Positions 49,902-63,005 of a DNA stretch of 64,000 nucleotides are shown here, piece after piece. The translations under genes were made by a program, and so were the position numbers. The number at the start of each line of letters is the position of its first letter. The first letter of the stretch is position 1. A model generated the notes under the pieces. It made no database searches. It was not told the DNA's origin and worked only from the letters and a program-made list of their open reading frames with translations. The DNA is taken from NCBI RefSeq assembly GCF_044704955.1, contig NC_091980.1:25358001-25422000 (forward strand). The letters are read 5' to 3'. This DNA is from Pristiophorus japonicus. Its lineage: Eukaryota.

Positions 49902-52900
49902 GGGCTAAACTTTCCATTATTTTTGCATGCATACCGTCCACTTAACATCCAGTTTAACACTGAAATGAGGTATAACGCCCATAATTCGCCCTTTTAGCCA
50001 CAAAATGGAAACTAACGCCCATTTCTCGGTCACTTATCGGCGAACGTTAATTTTGGCATGTACTTAACGGCGATAAAAAATAATACCGCCCGCCCGCCTT
50101 TTTTTGGCAGAAAGATCAAAATGGGCAAAACCAACGCCTATAATATCGCCGAGCGTAACTTTCGGCATTTAATTAATGCCGAGATTTAATAATACCGCCT
50201 GCGCACTTTTTTTTGTAGTAAAGATGACATTTGCCGAAACTAATGCCCCAAAAAATCGGCGAGCTTTACTTTCGGCACCTCGCACACATTTCGCCGACAA
50301 TAATGCTTGCCGAAAAAAACGCTGTGATAAAGTTGCTCTCACCTTAACTAATCACAATGGTATGGACGCCATTTTGTAATATGTGTCTTCGTGGGGCAAT
50401 TTATAGTTTGTGAACAATAGGTATAATAATGATAGTTATTGGAATGGCACCTATCATTTCTCAGCCTGACAAGGTGTCACATAAAAGGTAACCGCACAAG
50501 ATAAAGTTCACAGGGTTGGGGGTAATATATTAGCATGGATAGAAGATTGGCTAACTAACAAGACAGAGAGTCAGGATAAATGGTTCATTCTCTGGCTGGT
50601 AACCAGTAACTGGTGGGGTGCCGCAGGGATCAGTGTTGGAACCCCAACTATTTACAATCGATATTAACGACTTGGAAGAAGGGATTGAGTGTAACATAGC
50701 CAGGTTTGCTGACGATACAAAGATGGGAGGAAAAGCAATGTGTGAGGAGGACACAAAAAATCTGCAAAAGGACATAGACAGGCTAAGTGAGTGAGCAAAA
50801 ATTTGGCAGATGGAGTATAATGTTGGAAAGTGTGAGGTCATGCACTTTGGCAGAAAAAATCAAAGAGCAAGTTATTATTTAAGTGGAGAAAGATTGCAAA
50901 GTGCCGCAGTACAGCGGGACCTGGGGGTACTTGTGCATGAAACATAAAAGAATAGGATGCAGGTACAGCAAGTGATCAGGAAGGCCAATGGTATCTTGGC
51001 CTTTATTGCAAAGGGGATGGAGTACAAAAGCAGGGAAGTCTTGCTACAGCTATATAAGATATTGGTGAGGCCACACCTGGAATACTGAGTGCAGTTTTGG
51101 TTTCCATATTTACGAAAGGATATACTCGCTTTGGAAGCAGTTCAGAGAAGGTTCACTAGGTTGATTTCGGGATGAGGGGGTTGACTTATGAGGAAAGGTT
51201 GAGTAGGTTGGGCCGCTACTCATTGGAATCCAGGCGAATGAGAGGTGATCTTATCGAAACGTATAAGATTATGAGGGGGCTTGACAAGATAGATGCAGAG
51301 AGGATGTTTCCAATGATGGGGGAGACTAGAACTAGAGGACACGATCTCAGAATAAGGGGCTGCCCACTTAAAACAGAGATGAGGAGAAATTTCTTCTGTC
51401 AGAGCGTTGTAAATCTGTGGAATTCGCTGCCTCAGAGAGCTGTGGAAGCTGGGACATTGAATAAATTTAAGACATAAATAGACAGCTTGTTAAATGATAA
51501 GGGATTATGGGGAGCGGGCGGAGAAGTGGAGCTGAGTCCATGATCTGATCAGCCATGATCTTATTGAATGGCGGAGCAGGCTCGAGAGATAGTATGGTCT
51601 ACTGCTGTTCCTATTTCTTATGTTCTTATGTTCTTATGTTCTTAATGAGTACGCACATGCTGCATACTCGAGATGGCAGAAGGTATATTTGGCAGCATTA
51701 TGTGCACAATCTAAGACGTGCCAGACTGATGAGGAGGACGCGACCTTACAGCCCCCGCACTGACCAGGAGAAGCAGGCTTACCTCAACTTGTCTGATAAC
51801 ACCTGCCTTAGGAGTCTGCGCTTCCACAAAGAGGTTATCCGTGAGATATACCAGCTCATCAGGGGAGATGTGCAGCAGGCCAGCACCATCAGGACCGCAC
51901 TATCCATCGAGGTCAAGGCCACCTTTCGTTCTACGCGTCGGGTTCCTTTCAGGCCTCAGCTGGCGATATATGCGCTATATCTCAGCATGCCACACATTGC
52001 TGCATTCGTCTGGTCACTGAAGCCCTTTACGCAGGCAGAATCGACTTTATCAGCTTCTCTATGACCACGGAGGCTCAGACTGAGAGGGCTCTCGGATTCA
52101 ACCGAATTGCTAACTTGCCCAAGGTGCAGGGAGCAATACACTGTACGCATATCGTGATTCGGGCACCTTTTCAGGATGCAGAGGTTTTTCGGAACCGAAA
52201 GGGATTCCACTCCCATAATGTGCACCAGCAAATAATTATGGCAGTGAATGCCAAATTTCCGGGCAGCATCCATGATGCTCACATCCTGCGTGAGACCCCT
52301 GTATCTGTACCAGTCAGCCACAAGCTCAATGCTGTATACTTGGTGACAAATGATATGGCCTCGCCACCTGGCTGATGATACCCCTGTGCAACACCCACAC
52401 AGAAGCCAAAAAGCGATACAAAAAGAGTCACAGAGCCACTTGCAATATTATCGAGAAAACTATTGGAGTACTTAAGCAGCACTTTAGATGCCTGGCCCAC
52501 TCAGGAGGCGAGCTCTAATACCACCCTAAGCAGGTAGCTCACTTCGTGATGGTGTGCTCCATGCTGCACAACTTGGCTATCAGGAGGGGACAAGAATTGC
52601 CAGAAGGGACTGACGGTCCACCTCAGGAGAGAGAGGAAGAGGAGGACGAGGAGGTGGACACTGACCTCGGGCCAGACAATCAGGCTGTCGCTGAAACCAT
52701 GCCCCCACCCCCCTCTAGGCTGCAGGAAAGGGCCCTGGTGGCTACATAGCTGCAAGGCCCTTACATCAGCAGATCATAAATGAGCGCTTTGCTTGAAAGA
52801 ACGTTGTTGGTATTTTCAAAGCTGCAACACTGCTGTGTGTGGATCTCATACATCAATGGTGTGCATCACTTTGGTGACAGTTAAAGTTTAAGTTGATTCA

Positions 52901-55441
52901 AGTTAAGTTTAATTATACTCTTTCATGTTAAGGAACCACCAGCATGTAACGGTGCAGCTATCTGAGACAATGCGCAACAAGGTTATGTTAAATAAAAAGC
53001 ATTTAAACTGAACATTCGTGTGAAATCATAATTATAACTGTAAAAAGCACCCCACTCCACCTCCACCCCAGCCCACAACAAATGTATAACTTTTAGATCA
53101 CTCAAATGGTCAACATTTCCAACATAGAACACAAATACAAACCAACAAGGTAGCGCCCTCCCCCTTCCCCCAACCCTCCCAACAAAAGAGCACCAACAAC
53201 ATAAAAATGTGCCCAAGACAACACCAGCGGCCATGCAACTCACTTTCCTTTCCTACCCACTTCTCCTACCCACTCTACCCCTTCCCCTTTCCCTCCTGAC
53301 TCCAAGCCACCTAGCCGAGGATTTCCTCAGGCAATGCTTCATTGGGGGGGATGATGGCAGAACTGCTGCTTGGACGGATATGGGAGAGGACGGTCCCAAG
53401 GTGGGAACGTGCTCCGAGCCAGAAGCAAGATCTTCCTCCTGGCTGTCATGTGTCGTTGGCAATGTGGGTGCGGCACCTTGGGGTGCAGTGCCGCGCTCTG
53501 GGACCACTGGGAGGCCTATCCAGGGCTATCAGCTCCAGGCTCTCCGCCATCCGCGGCACATACTCCGGCATGGTGGCAGACGTGCTGGCCAGCTAGTGGG
53601 ATATGCCCCCTATTGTCTGGAGGATCTGTTGACCTATGTCAACAGTCCTCCTGCACAAGTGCACCATGTCCCCGCTCAGATCTGCCGCTCGTGGAGCAGA
53701 CCTGCTGCGTCGAACCAACCTCCGTGTGGTCACCACCATCCTGGAGACACCTGGGGTGCCCTGTAGCAAGGTGCTTGGGACCGGTACCTCCATGATGGAC
53801 GTGGGAATGGCCACAGGGGCATTAGATGTCGAATGGATTATGGAGCTTGGCGATGCAGGCTCCTCAAAGCCAGCACTGTCATCCGTAGAGAAGGGACTCA
53901 GCAGATCCACGGGTGAGAATCGGGGCTCCTCAGCACTCCGTCCCCACGCCCACAACCTCTGGGCTCGGTGTTCTTGCAATGAGGCTGCGTTGCTGGCTCA
54001 GCTGCAAAACATAACTGAGGTTGTTAGAGGAGAAGCGGGTGCTCGGGTCACAAGGTGATTCCAGCACGACACATATGCACGACAAAAGCACCACTGCTAT
54101 CAAAAACATCATCACAGGCATCACATTTCATGACCCTCACCAAATTCTGCATTGGAATAATTCTCATGAGGCCATCAATATTTATAGAACACTTTTATAA
54201 ATCATCTATCATTTATTATTGGTCGGATATGAGTGGGTGTGGCATCTATTGAATTTACATCACGCAATGGTGTATACTATACTTACGTGGCATCACATCA
54301 GGTTCTGCAGCTGCTTGAGTGGCCACCCGGGGGTGGCTCCCCACTAGTGCCAGCATCCGCTCCTCAATGTCGGTAATGTCGCTGGCAACTGGTGGTCATT
54401 ACCCATTTGCCTCTGCTCGGCCCTATTCCTCGAAACCTTCTTCTGTAAAAGGTAACACCAGCACGACATGGCATGAGATCACTGCGTGAGATCATTGCTA
54501 GGTACTGTCACAGAGACTAATACAACACATAACCGACAGGTGTAATCATGATTATTATGATAATTATCATTCTTTACCTAAAGACGTACACCGTGAACGC
54601 AGGCTTTGAGTAAAGCATTCCCGGTATAAGTGCAAGACATCACATCTGATTTTAATCACTCATTACACTTACAATTCAAATTATATAAATATATAAGTAA
54701 ATGTAAATAAATGTAATACTTACTCTGGCAGATCTTAGAAGGCCGTTCCAGCGTTTGTGGCATTGGTTGCCCTCACGCACCTCATTGGTAGACCTTTGGT
54801 GTGGGCTTCCCACGCCCACCCTGGGTCAATTGACCCCAGTGTGACTCGAGCTCCTGCATGAGGGAGGCATTTGCCTCATCCGAGAATCTCTTCGTTCTTT
54901 GTCGTCCTCCCAATTGTTCCTCTCCCACCTCACTGCTTTCGCCAGCATCAGTCTCCACAACGTGCTGTGTCGCTTCCTCCATCCTTTCCGTTGTGACAAT
55001 AAATTTTCCGCAAACTACTCGGTGGGAACAATGTTATTTGTCCTCTGATTTATTTTAGCTGCTGGAAAATCTCCTGCCTGCCTTCCAGAAGAGCCAAGAA
55101 GGTACACACCACACCCACAGACGCTTTAAGTCCCTCTCTGCACTCTCACTCTCTCTCTCCTCTTCTGCGCATGTAATGATGAACCCTGACCTCCTGAAAT
55201 GCGGGAAACGAACATTGCCATGGCATTCTTATGGACGCCGACACTTTACGGCAGAAGGTCAAAAAAATGTAACGCTGACGTCCATTTCAGATCGCTCGCA
55301 CTAACGGCCATTTTATAAAATGGAATGTTGGGGTTTTGAAAATGGGCGATAATCCGGCGATCTCAAAACCCATATTTACCGCCCGCGCTGGAAATAAGGT
55401 CCATTTTTGACCAATCTGCACAAAAGTGGAAAGTCTAGCCC
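49902..55441. mobile_element. Harbinger (PIF) DNA transposon with both TIRs
   Basis: TIRs GGGCTAAACTTTCCA and TGGAAAGTCTAGCCC, 3-bp TSD ATA; decayed DDE transposase on + (~51645-52800); convergent Myb/SANT-like gene on - (RTKRFSDEAN..., ~53250-54982). Confidence 0.92.
50465..51644 (+). mobile_element. CR1 3' half nested in the Harbinger
   Basis: DKVSHK..PQGSVL..FADD; (TTCTTATG)n tail. Confidence 0.92.
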
Positions 55442-56256
55442 ATAGACTTATTTTGCCATATTTACAAATCAAACTTAACCACTTGTTTTCTGTTTCGAAG
55501 AGGATATCTTCGCTCTCGAACAGAACTTTCAAACATGGTATCGAACTTAGACTCATTCTAGGCTGAGCCTGAGGAGAGTTTTTCACCATGGGCAACCCTT
55601 GATCTACATTTTGACTCTCTATAACACCAAACTATTTGTCTGCCTGACTCGGACTCACACTTAAATTCTGACATTCCCTTGGACTTGTTTCTAGCAAATC
55701 CGATAAATGATTTGATACTGGTACTCTACTTGTAACAAGACTATCTGACTCATTAGAGATAATCAAATCATTTCAACTTTCAACTCCTTCCACATCTGTA
55801 GGTAAAATATGATCAATGTGAATAAACCTAACCTTTCTATGATCAAACATCTTGAACAAATATGTGTGAGGGTCACATATCTTCACCACTCTTCCTGGTA
55901 CCACTTTAACCATTTATGGTGATGGTTCTTCACTCACTTTCGGATTCAATTTCACACTTCTCTTTCTTACTCTACCTCTATCGTGATTCTCTTTCTGTCA
56001 TAGTTGTTTCTCTTCTACTCACTGTGCTAAGTTTGGCTTCAACAACGAGAACCTGGTTCGTGGTTGTTGTTTGAGAAACAACTTTGCTGGTGGTCTACTA
56101 GTAGTTGTATGAGGAGTATTACGATATATAATCAGAAAATTTGCTAGTTTATGATCCAATGACAACTGCCATTTCTTTGGATTTGGATCCAACATTTGAT
56201 TGTTGAGGGCAGGTTTTACAATTTCAAAGGTGCGCTCTGCTGCACAATTTGAATAA

Positions 56257-58475
56257 CATAGAAACATAGAAACATAGAAAATAGGTGCAGGAGTAGGCCA
56301 TTCGGCCCTTCTAGCCTGCACCGCCATTCAATGAGTTCATGGCTGGACATTCAACTTCAGTACCCCATTCCTGCTTTCTCGCCATACCCCTTGATCCCCC
56401 GAGTAGTAAGGACTACATCTAACTCCTTTTTGAATATATTTAGTGAATTGGCCTCAACAACTTTCTGTGGTAGAGAATTCCACAGGTTCACCACTCTCTG
56501 GGTGAAGAAGTTTCTCCGCATCTCGGTCCTAAATGGCTTACCCCTTATCCTTAGACTGTGACCTCTGGTTCTGGACTTCCCCAACATTGGGAACATTCTT
56601 CCTGCATCTAACCTGTCTAACCCCGTCAGAATTTTAAATGTTTCTATGAGGTCCCCTCTCATTCTTCTGAACTCCAGTGAATACAAGCCCAGTTGATCCA
56701 GTCTTTCTTGATAGGTCAGTCTCGCCATCCCGGGAATCAGTCTGGTGAACCTTCGCTGCACTCCCTCAATAGCAAGAATGTCCTTCCTCAGGTTAGGAGA
56801 CCAAAACTGTACACAATACTCCAGGTGTGGTCTCACCAATGCCCTGTACAACTGTAGCAACACCTCCTTGCCCCTGTACCCAAATCCCCTTGCTATGAAG
56901 GCCAACATGCCATTTGCTTTCTTAACCGCCTGCTGCACCTGCATGCCAACCTTCAATGACTGATGTACCACGACACCCAGGTCTCTTTGCACCTCCCCGT
57001 TTCCTAATCTGTCACCATTCAGATAATAGTCTGTCTCTCTGTTTTTACCACCAAAGTGGATAACCTCACATTTATCCACATTATACTTCATCTGCCATGC
57101 ATTTGCCCATTCACCTAACCTATCCAAGTCGCTCTGCAGCCTCACAGCATCCTCCTCGCAGCTCACACTGCCACCCAACTTAGTGTCATCCGCAAATTTG
57201 GAGATACTACATTTAATCCCCTCATCTAAATCATTAATGTACAGTGTAAACAGCTGGGGCCCCAGCACAGAACCTTGCGGTACCCCACTAGTCACTGCCT
57301 GCCATTCTGAAAAGTACCCATTTACTCCTACTCTTTGCTTCCTGTCTGACAACCAGTTCTCAATCCATGTCAGCACACTACCCCCAATCCCATGTGCTCT
57401 AACTTTGCACATCAATCTCTTGTGTGGGACCTTGTCAAACACCTTCTGAAAGTCCAAATATACCACATCAACTGGTTCTCCCTTGTCCACTCTACTGGAA
57501 ACATCCTCAAAAAATTCCAGAAGATTTGTCAAGCATGATTTCCCTTTCACAAATCCATGCTGACTTGGACCTATCATGTCACCTCTTTCCAAATGCACTG
57601 CTATGACATCCTTAATAATTGATTCCATCATTTTACCCACTACCGATGTCAGGCTGACCGGTCTATAATTCCCTGTTTTCTCTCTCCCTCCTTTTTTAAA
57701 AAGTGGGGTTACATTGGCTACCTTCCACTCTATAGGAACTGATCCAGAGTCAATAGAATGTTGGAAAATGACTGTCAATGCATCCACTATTTCCAAGGCC
57801 ACCTCCTTAAGTACTCTGGGATGCAGTCCATCAGGCCCTGGGGATTTATCGGCTTTCAATCCCATCAATTTCCCCAACACAATTTCCCGGCTAATAAGGA
57901 TTTCCCTCAGTTCCTCCTCCTTACTAGACCCCCCGACCCCTTTTATAACCGGAAGGTTGTTTGTGTCCTCCTTCGTGAATACCGAACCAAAGTACTTGTT
58001 CAATTGGTCCGCCATTTCTTTGTTCCCCATTATGACTTCCCCTGATTCTGACTGTAGGGGATCTACGTTTGTCTTTACTAACCTTTTTCTCTTTACATAT
58101 CTGTAGAAAGTTTTGCAATCCGTCTTAATGTTCCCTGCAAGCTTCTTCTCATACTCCATTTTCCCTGCCCTAATCAAACCCTTTGTCCTCCTCTGCTGAG
58201 TTCTAAATTTCTCCCAGTCCCCAGGTTCGCTGCTATTTCTGGCCAATTTGTATGCCACTTCCTTGGCTTTAATACTATCCCTGATTTCCCTTGATAGCCA
58301 CGGTTGAGCCACCTTCCCTTTTTTATTTTTATGCCAGACAGGAATGTACAATTGTTGTAGTTCATCCATGCGGTCTCTAGATGTCTGCCATTGCCCATCC
58401 ACAGTCAACCCCTTAAGTATCATTCGCCAATCCATCCCAGCCAATTCACACCTCATACCTTCAAAGTTAGCCTTC
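56257..58475 (-). mobile_element. Young 5'-truncated CR1 with uninterrupted ORF2 portion
   Basis: ~700-aa open frame within ORF 56357-58555; (CATAGAAA)3 tail; 8-bp TSD TTGAATAA at 56249-56256 and 58476-58483. Confidence 0.95.
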
Positions 58476-59138
58476 TTGAATAAGGGTGGTACAGTTGAAC
58501 TTTGGTATGTTTCAAACTGTTTCTGCTCATGAATTGTGTAAATTCTTCTGAACAAAATTGTGGCCTATTATCAGACACATTTCTTCTGGGAGGCCACATG
58601 AAGAAAACAATCTTTGCAAATTGTCGATTGTTTTACTTGTTGTTATTTTCCCATCGGAAAAACCTCGACCCATTTCGAGTGACTATCAATTACAGTGAAC
58701 AATTGTTGTCCTTCCAGCTCAGCAAAATCTACATGTAACTTTTGCCAAACCCTGGGAGGCCATTTCCATGGCTGTAATGGTACTGATGGTGTTATGTTGC
58801 TTACCGATTGACATCTTGTACACTGATAAACGATGTACTCTATATCTTTATCTAAACCTGGCCACCATAAGTAACTGCATACAAAACTCTTCATCAAGCA
58901 CATTCAAACATGAAGATCTCCTAACAACTTGCACCTTATTTGGGTTACTACTCTTGCACCCCACATGATAAATCTTTATCCACTGACAATTCATTCCTAC
59001 GAATGAAGTATGGATGAATATCTTCCTCTGATATCTGGATTGGCCAGCCATTTGCTATGCAATCATACACCTTTGACATAACTGGGTCATGCTTGGTTGC
59101 TCTACCAAGCTCTTCAGCTGTGACAGGCAGCTCATCAA

Positions 59139-60166
59139 TGTATGAAAAATTGGGTGTCCACCGGTATGCTCGCGGCCTTCCGCGAGAGGTGGGCGCCGGA
59201 GGGACTGGAGTGCATTGTCACCCCCGGCAGCTAAATTTTAATTTGATTTTATATGTTTTAAAGTTTAATTTGTTTTAATTGCTGGGTTTTTAGTGTCCCC
59301 TCCCCTTTTATAGAGGGCACTTGTAAATTATGGTTTTAGAGCCCCAAAAAAACCCCCAAAAACTACAAAAACTCAAAAAAAACAAAAGAAAAACAAAAAA
59401 GGGCCTTGGAAAATGTTTGGAGTGTCCCCCAGATCGGGGGGCACGTGATTTAATGTTTATATTTGCCCCAAAAGAGTTGTATGAAAAATTGGGTGTCCAC
59501 CGGTACGCTCGCGGCCTTCCGCGAGAGGTGGGCGCCGGAGGGACTGGAGTGCATCGTTACCCCCGGCAACCAAATTTTAATTTGATTTTATATGATTTAA
59601 AGTTTAATTTGTTTTAATTGCCGGTTATAGTATCCCCCTTCCCTTTTATAGGGGACACTTGTAAAAATTATGATTTTAGTGTCCCAAAAAAACCCCCCAA
59701 AAAGCTACAAAAAAACCCCCAAAAAAACAAAAAGGGCCTTGAAAAATGTTTGGAGTGTCCCCCAGATTGGGGGGCACTTGACTTAATGTTTATTTTGTCT
59801 CCTATCAAAAGAGTTGTATGAAAAATTGGGTGTCCACTGGTACTCTCGCGGCCTTCCGCGAGAGGTGAGCGCCGGAGGGACTGGAGTGCATCGTTATCCC
59901 CGGCAACCAAATTTTAATTTGATTTTATATGTTTTAAAGTTTAATTTGTTTTAATTGCCGGTTTTACAGTCCTCCTCCCCTTTTATAGGAGGCACTTGTA
60001 AAAATTATGAGTTTAGTGCCCAAAAAAAAAAACTACAAAAAATACAAAAAACTCCAAAAAAAACAAAAAAAAGGGCCTGGAAAAATGTTTGAAGTGTCCC
60101 CCAGATCGTGGGGCACTTGATTTACTGTTTATTTTGTCTCCTAAAAAGAGTTGTATGAAAAATTGG
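59139..60166 (+). repeat. Three tandem Tx1 3' ends separated by the target-site sequence
   Basis: TGTATGAAAAATTGG at 59139, 59478, 59815 and 60152; each unit homologous to the reverse complement of ~3603-3950. Confidence 0.93.
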
Positions 60167-61204
60167 ATTGCACTGCCTATTTCATGGAACACCTTTGGAT
60201 ACTGTTTGATGATATCATCCTTCGATGCAAATCTCGTTTCAACTAGAAAAAATCTCATTCCAATCCAGCTTCAATGATCCAAACCCATTTCTACCTATTA
60301 AGGCAGGCTTGTCTCCTGTCACTAATAAGAGAGGTAAGCTCTGAAACTGATCCTTGTATTTTACCGGTACGGAGATACATCCTACCACAGGGATTTGCTC
60401 TCCTGAGTAGCCTCACAGCTCTAGGTTTGATTTTTCCAGTGGAAAATCACTCAACTTGTTGAGATATAACAATTCTAATACTACGCTCATGGATGCACCT
60501 GTGTCGATTTCCATGGGTATCCTGTTTCCTGCAAAATCTACTTGGATGATGGTACTTCAAGAATGTTGTTAGGTACCGTTGTGCTCCTGATTACATGTAT
60601 CTCCAGAACCACCTCATCCTGTTGCTTCTGCTCAATGCTACGTAGTCTGTAGTGATTTAAACTTATAGCATCGAACATCGGTTTATTCTTCAGTTGGCAC
60701 GCCTTCACAAGATGCCCAGTTATCTTGCAGAAGATACACTCTGCCTTCACATATGGACAATTTTGAGTGAGCTATTGTCCCACACACCAATAGCATGACT
60801 TCAATGTGCTGTTACCTTGGCCAGTTGCGGAGGCATTGGGGCCCAACTGCCTTTTACTTCTAGCCTGAAGCCGATTTACCTTGCTTGTCTGAAGACTGGA
60901 AATAGCGTGAAATTCTCAGGAATATTGTTCTGCCATACCCAATGACATAACTGTCTTACAAGCTAAATCAAAAGTCAAGTTAGGGGTTGTCAACAACTTT
61001 CTTTTGATTGCTTCAATTTTCATCCCACAAAGCAGTCACGCAATGCTCGATCCTGAAAGTTTCGGAAATGATAGTGAATGGATGGATTTTTAAAAGCTAT
61101 AATGTACTAAGTGATACCTTCGTCAATGAATTGATCTCATATTCTAAAACATTTACTTTCAGCTGTTTCCAGGGGCTCAGGACTATAGTGCTTAGAATCT
61201 CCGT

Positions 61205-63005
61205 CAGTGGCGGTCAGAATCAGGTGAATTTATAATGGGGAACAAAGAAATGGCAGACTAATTGAACAAATACTTTGGTTCTGTCTTCACGAAAGAAGAC
61301 ACAAATAACCTTCCGGAAATACTGGGGGACCGAGGGTCTAGCGAGAAGGAGGAACTGAAGGAAATCCTTATTAGTTAGCAAATTGTTTTAGGGAAATTGA
61401 TGGGATTGAAGGCCGATAAAATCCCCAGGGCCTGATAGTCTGTATCCCAGAGTATTTAAGGAAGTGGCCCTAGAAATAGTAGATGCATTGGTGGTCATTT
61501 TCCAACATCTATAGATTCTGGATCAGTTCCTATGGATTGGAGGGTAGCTAATGTAACCCCACTTTTTAAAAAAGGAGGGAGAGAGAAATCAGGGAATTAT
61601 AGACCAGTTCGCCTGACATCAGTAGTGGGGAAAATGTTGGAATCAATTATTAAAGATGTAATAGCAGCGCATTTGGAAAGCAGTGACAGGATTGGTCAAA
61701 GTCAGCATGAAAGGGAAATCATGATTGACAAATCTTCTAGAATTTTTTGAGGATGTAACTAGTAGAGTGGACAAGGGAGAACCAGTGGATGTAGTGTATT
61801 TGGACTTTCAAAAGGCTTTTGACAAGATCCCACACAAGAGATTAGTGTGCCAAATTGAAGCACATGGTATTGGGGGTAATGTATTGACATGGATAGAGAA
61901 CTGGATTGCAGACAGGAAGCAAAGTGTAGGAATAAACGGGTTCTTTTCAGAAAGGCAGGCAGTGAATAGTGGAGTACCGCAAGGATCAGTGCTGGGAACC
62001 CAACTATTTACAATATACATTAATGATTTAGACGAAGGAATTGAATGTAATATCTCCAAGTTTGCAGATAACACTAAGCTGGGTGGCGGTGTGAGCCATG
62101 AAGAAGATGCTAAGAGGCTGCAGGGTGACTTGGACAGATTAGGTGAGTGGGCAAATGCATGGCAGATGCAGTATAATGTACATAAATGTGAGGTTATACA
62201 CTTTTGGTGGCAAAACAGGAAGGCAGAATATTATCTGAATGGTGACAGATTAGGAAAAGGGAAGATGCAACGAGATCTGGGTGTCATGGTACATCAGTCA
62301 TTGAAAGTTGGCATGAAGGTACAGCAGGCAGTGAAGGAGGCAAATGGCATGTTGGCCTTCATAGCAAGAGGATTTGAGTATAGGTGCAGGGAGGTCTTAC
62401 TGCAGTTGTACAGGGCCTTGGTGAGGCCACACCTTGAATATTGTGTGCAGTTTTGGTCTCCTAATCTGAGGAACGACATTCTTGCTATTGGCGGACTGCA
62501 GCGAAGGTTCACCAGACTGATTCCCGGGATGGCAGGACTGACATATGAGAAGAGACTGGATCGACTGAGCTGATATTCACTGGAATTTAGAAGAATGAGC
62601 GGGGATCTCATAGAAACATATAACATTCTGACAGGATTGGATAGGTTAGATGCAGGCAGAATGTTCCCGATGTTGGGGAAGTCGAGAACCAGGGGTCACA
62701 GTCTAAGGATAAGGGGTAAGCCATTTATTACCGAGATGAGGAGAAACATATTCACTCAGAGAATTGTGAACCTGTGGAATTCTCTACCACAGCAATTTGT
62801 TGACGCCAGTTCATTCGATACATTCAAAAGGGAATTCGATGTGACCCTTACGGCTAAAGGGATCAAGGGGTATGGAGAGAAAGCAGGAATGGGGTACTGA
62901 AGTTGCATGATCTGCCATGATCATGTTGAATGGTGGTGCAGGCTCGAAGGGCCGAATAGCCTACTCCTGCACCTATTTTCTTTGTTTTTAAATTTCTATG
63001 TTTGT
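61205..63005 (+). mobile_element. CR1 LINE nested in the Gypsy gag
   Basis: ORFs 61725-62573 and 62595-62900; degenerate tail. Confidence 0.92.

Noticed and set aside
51645-52800. Possible domesticated HARBI1 gene
   Set aside because: Frameshifts and stops, and it lies between TIRs with a TSD, so it is a decayed transposon.
59139-60166. CRISPR-like repeat/spacer appearance
   Set aside because: The 'spacers' are homologous Tx1 3' ends and the repeat is a target-site duplication, in a eukaryotic context.
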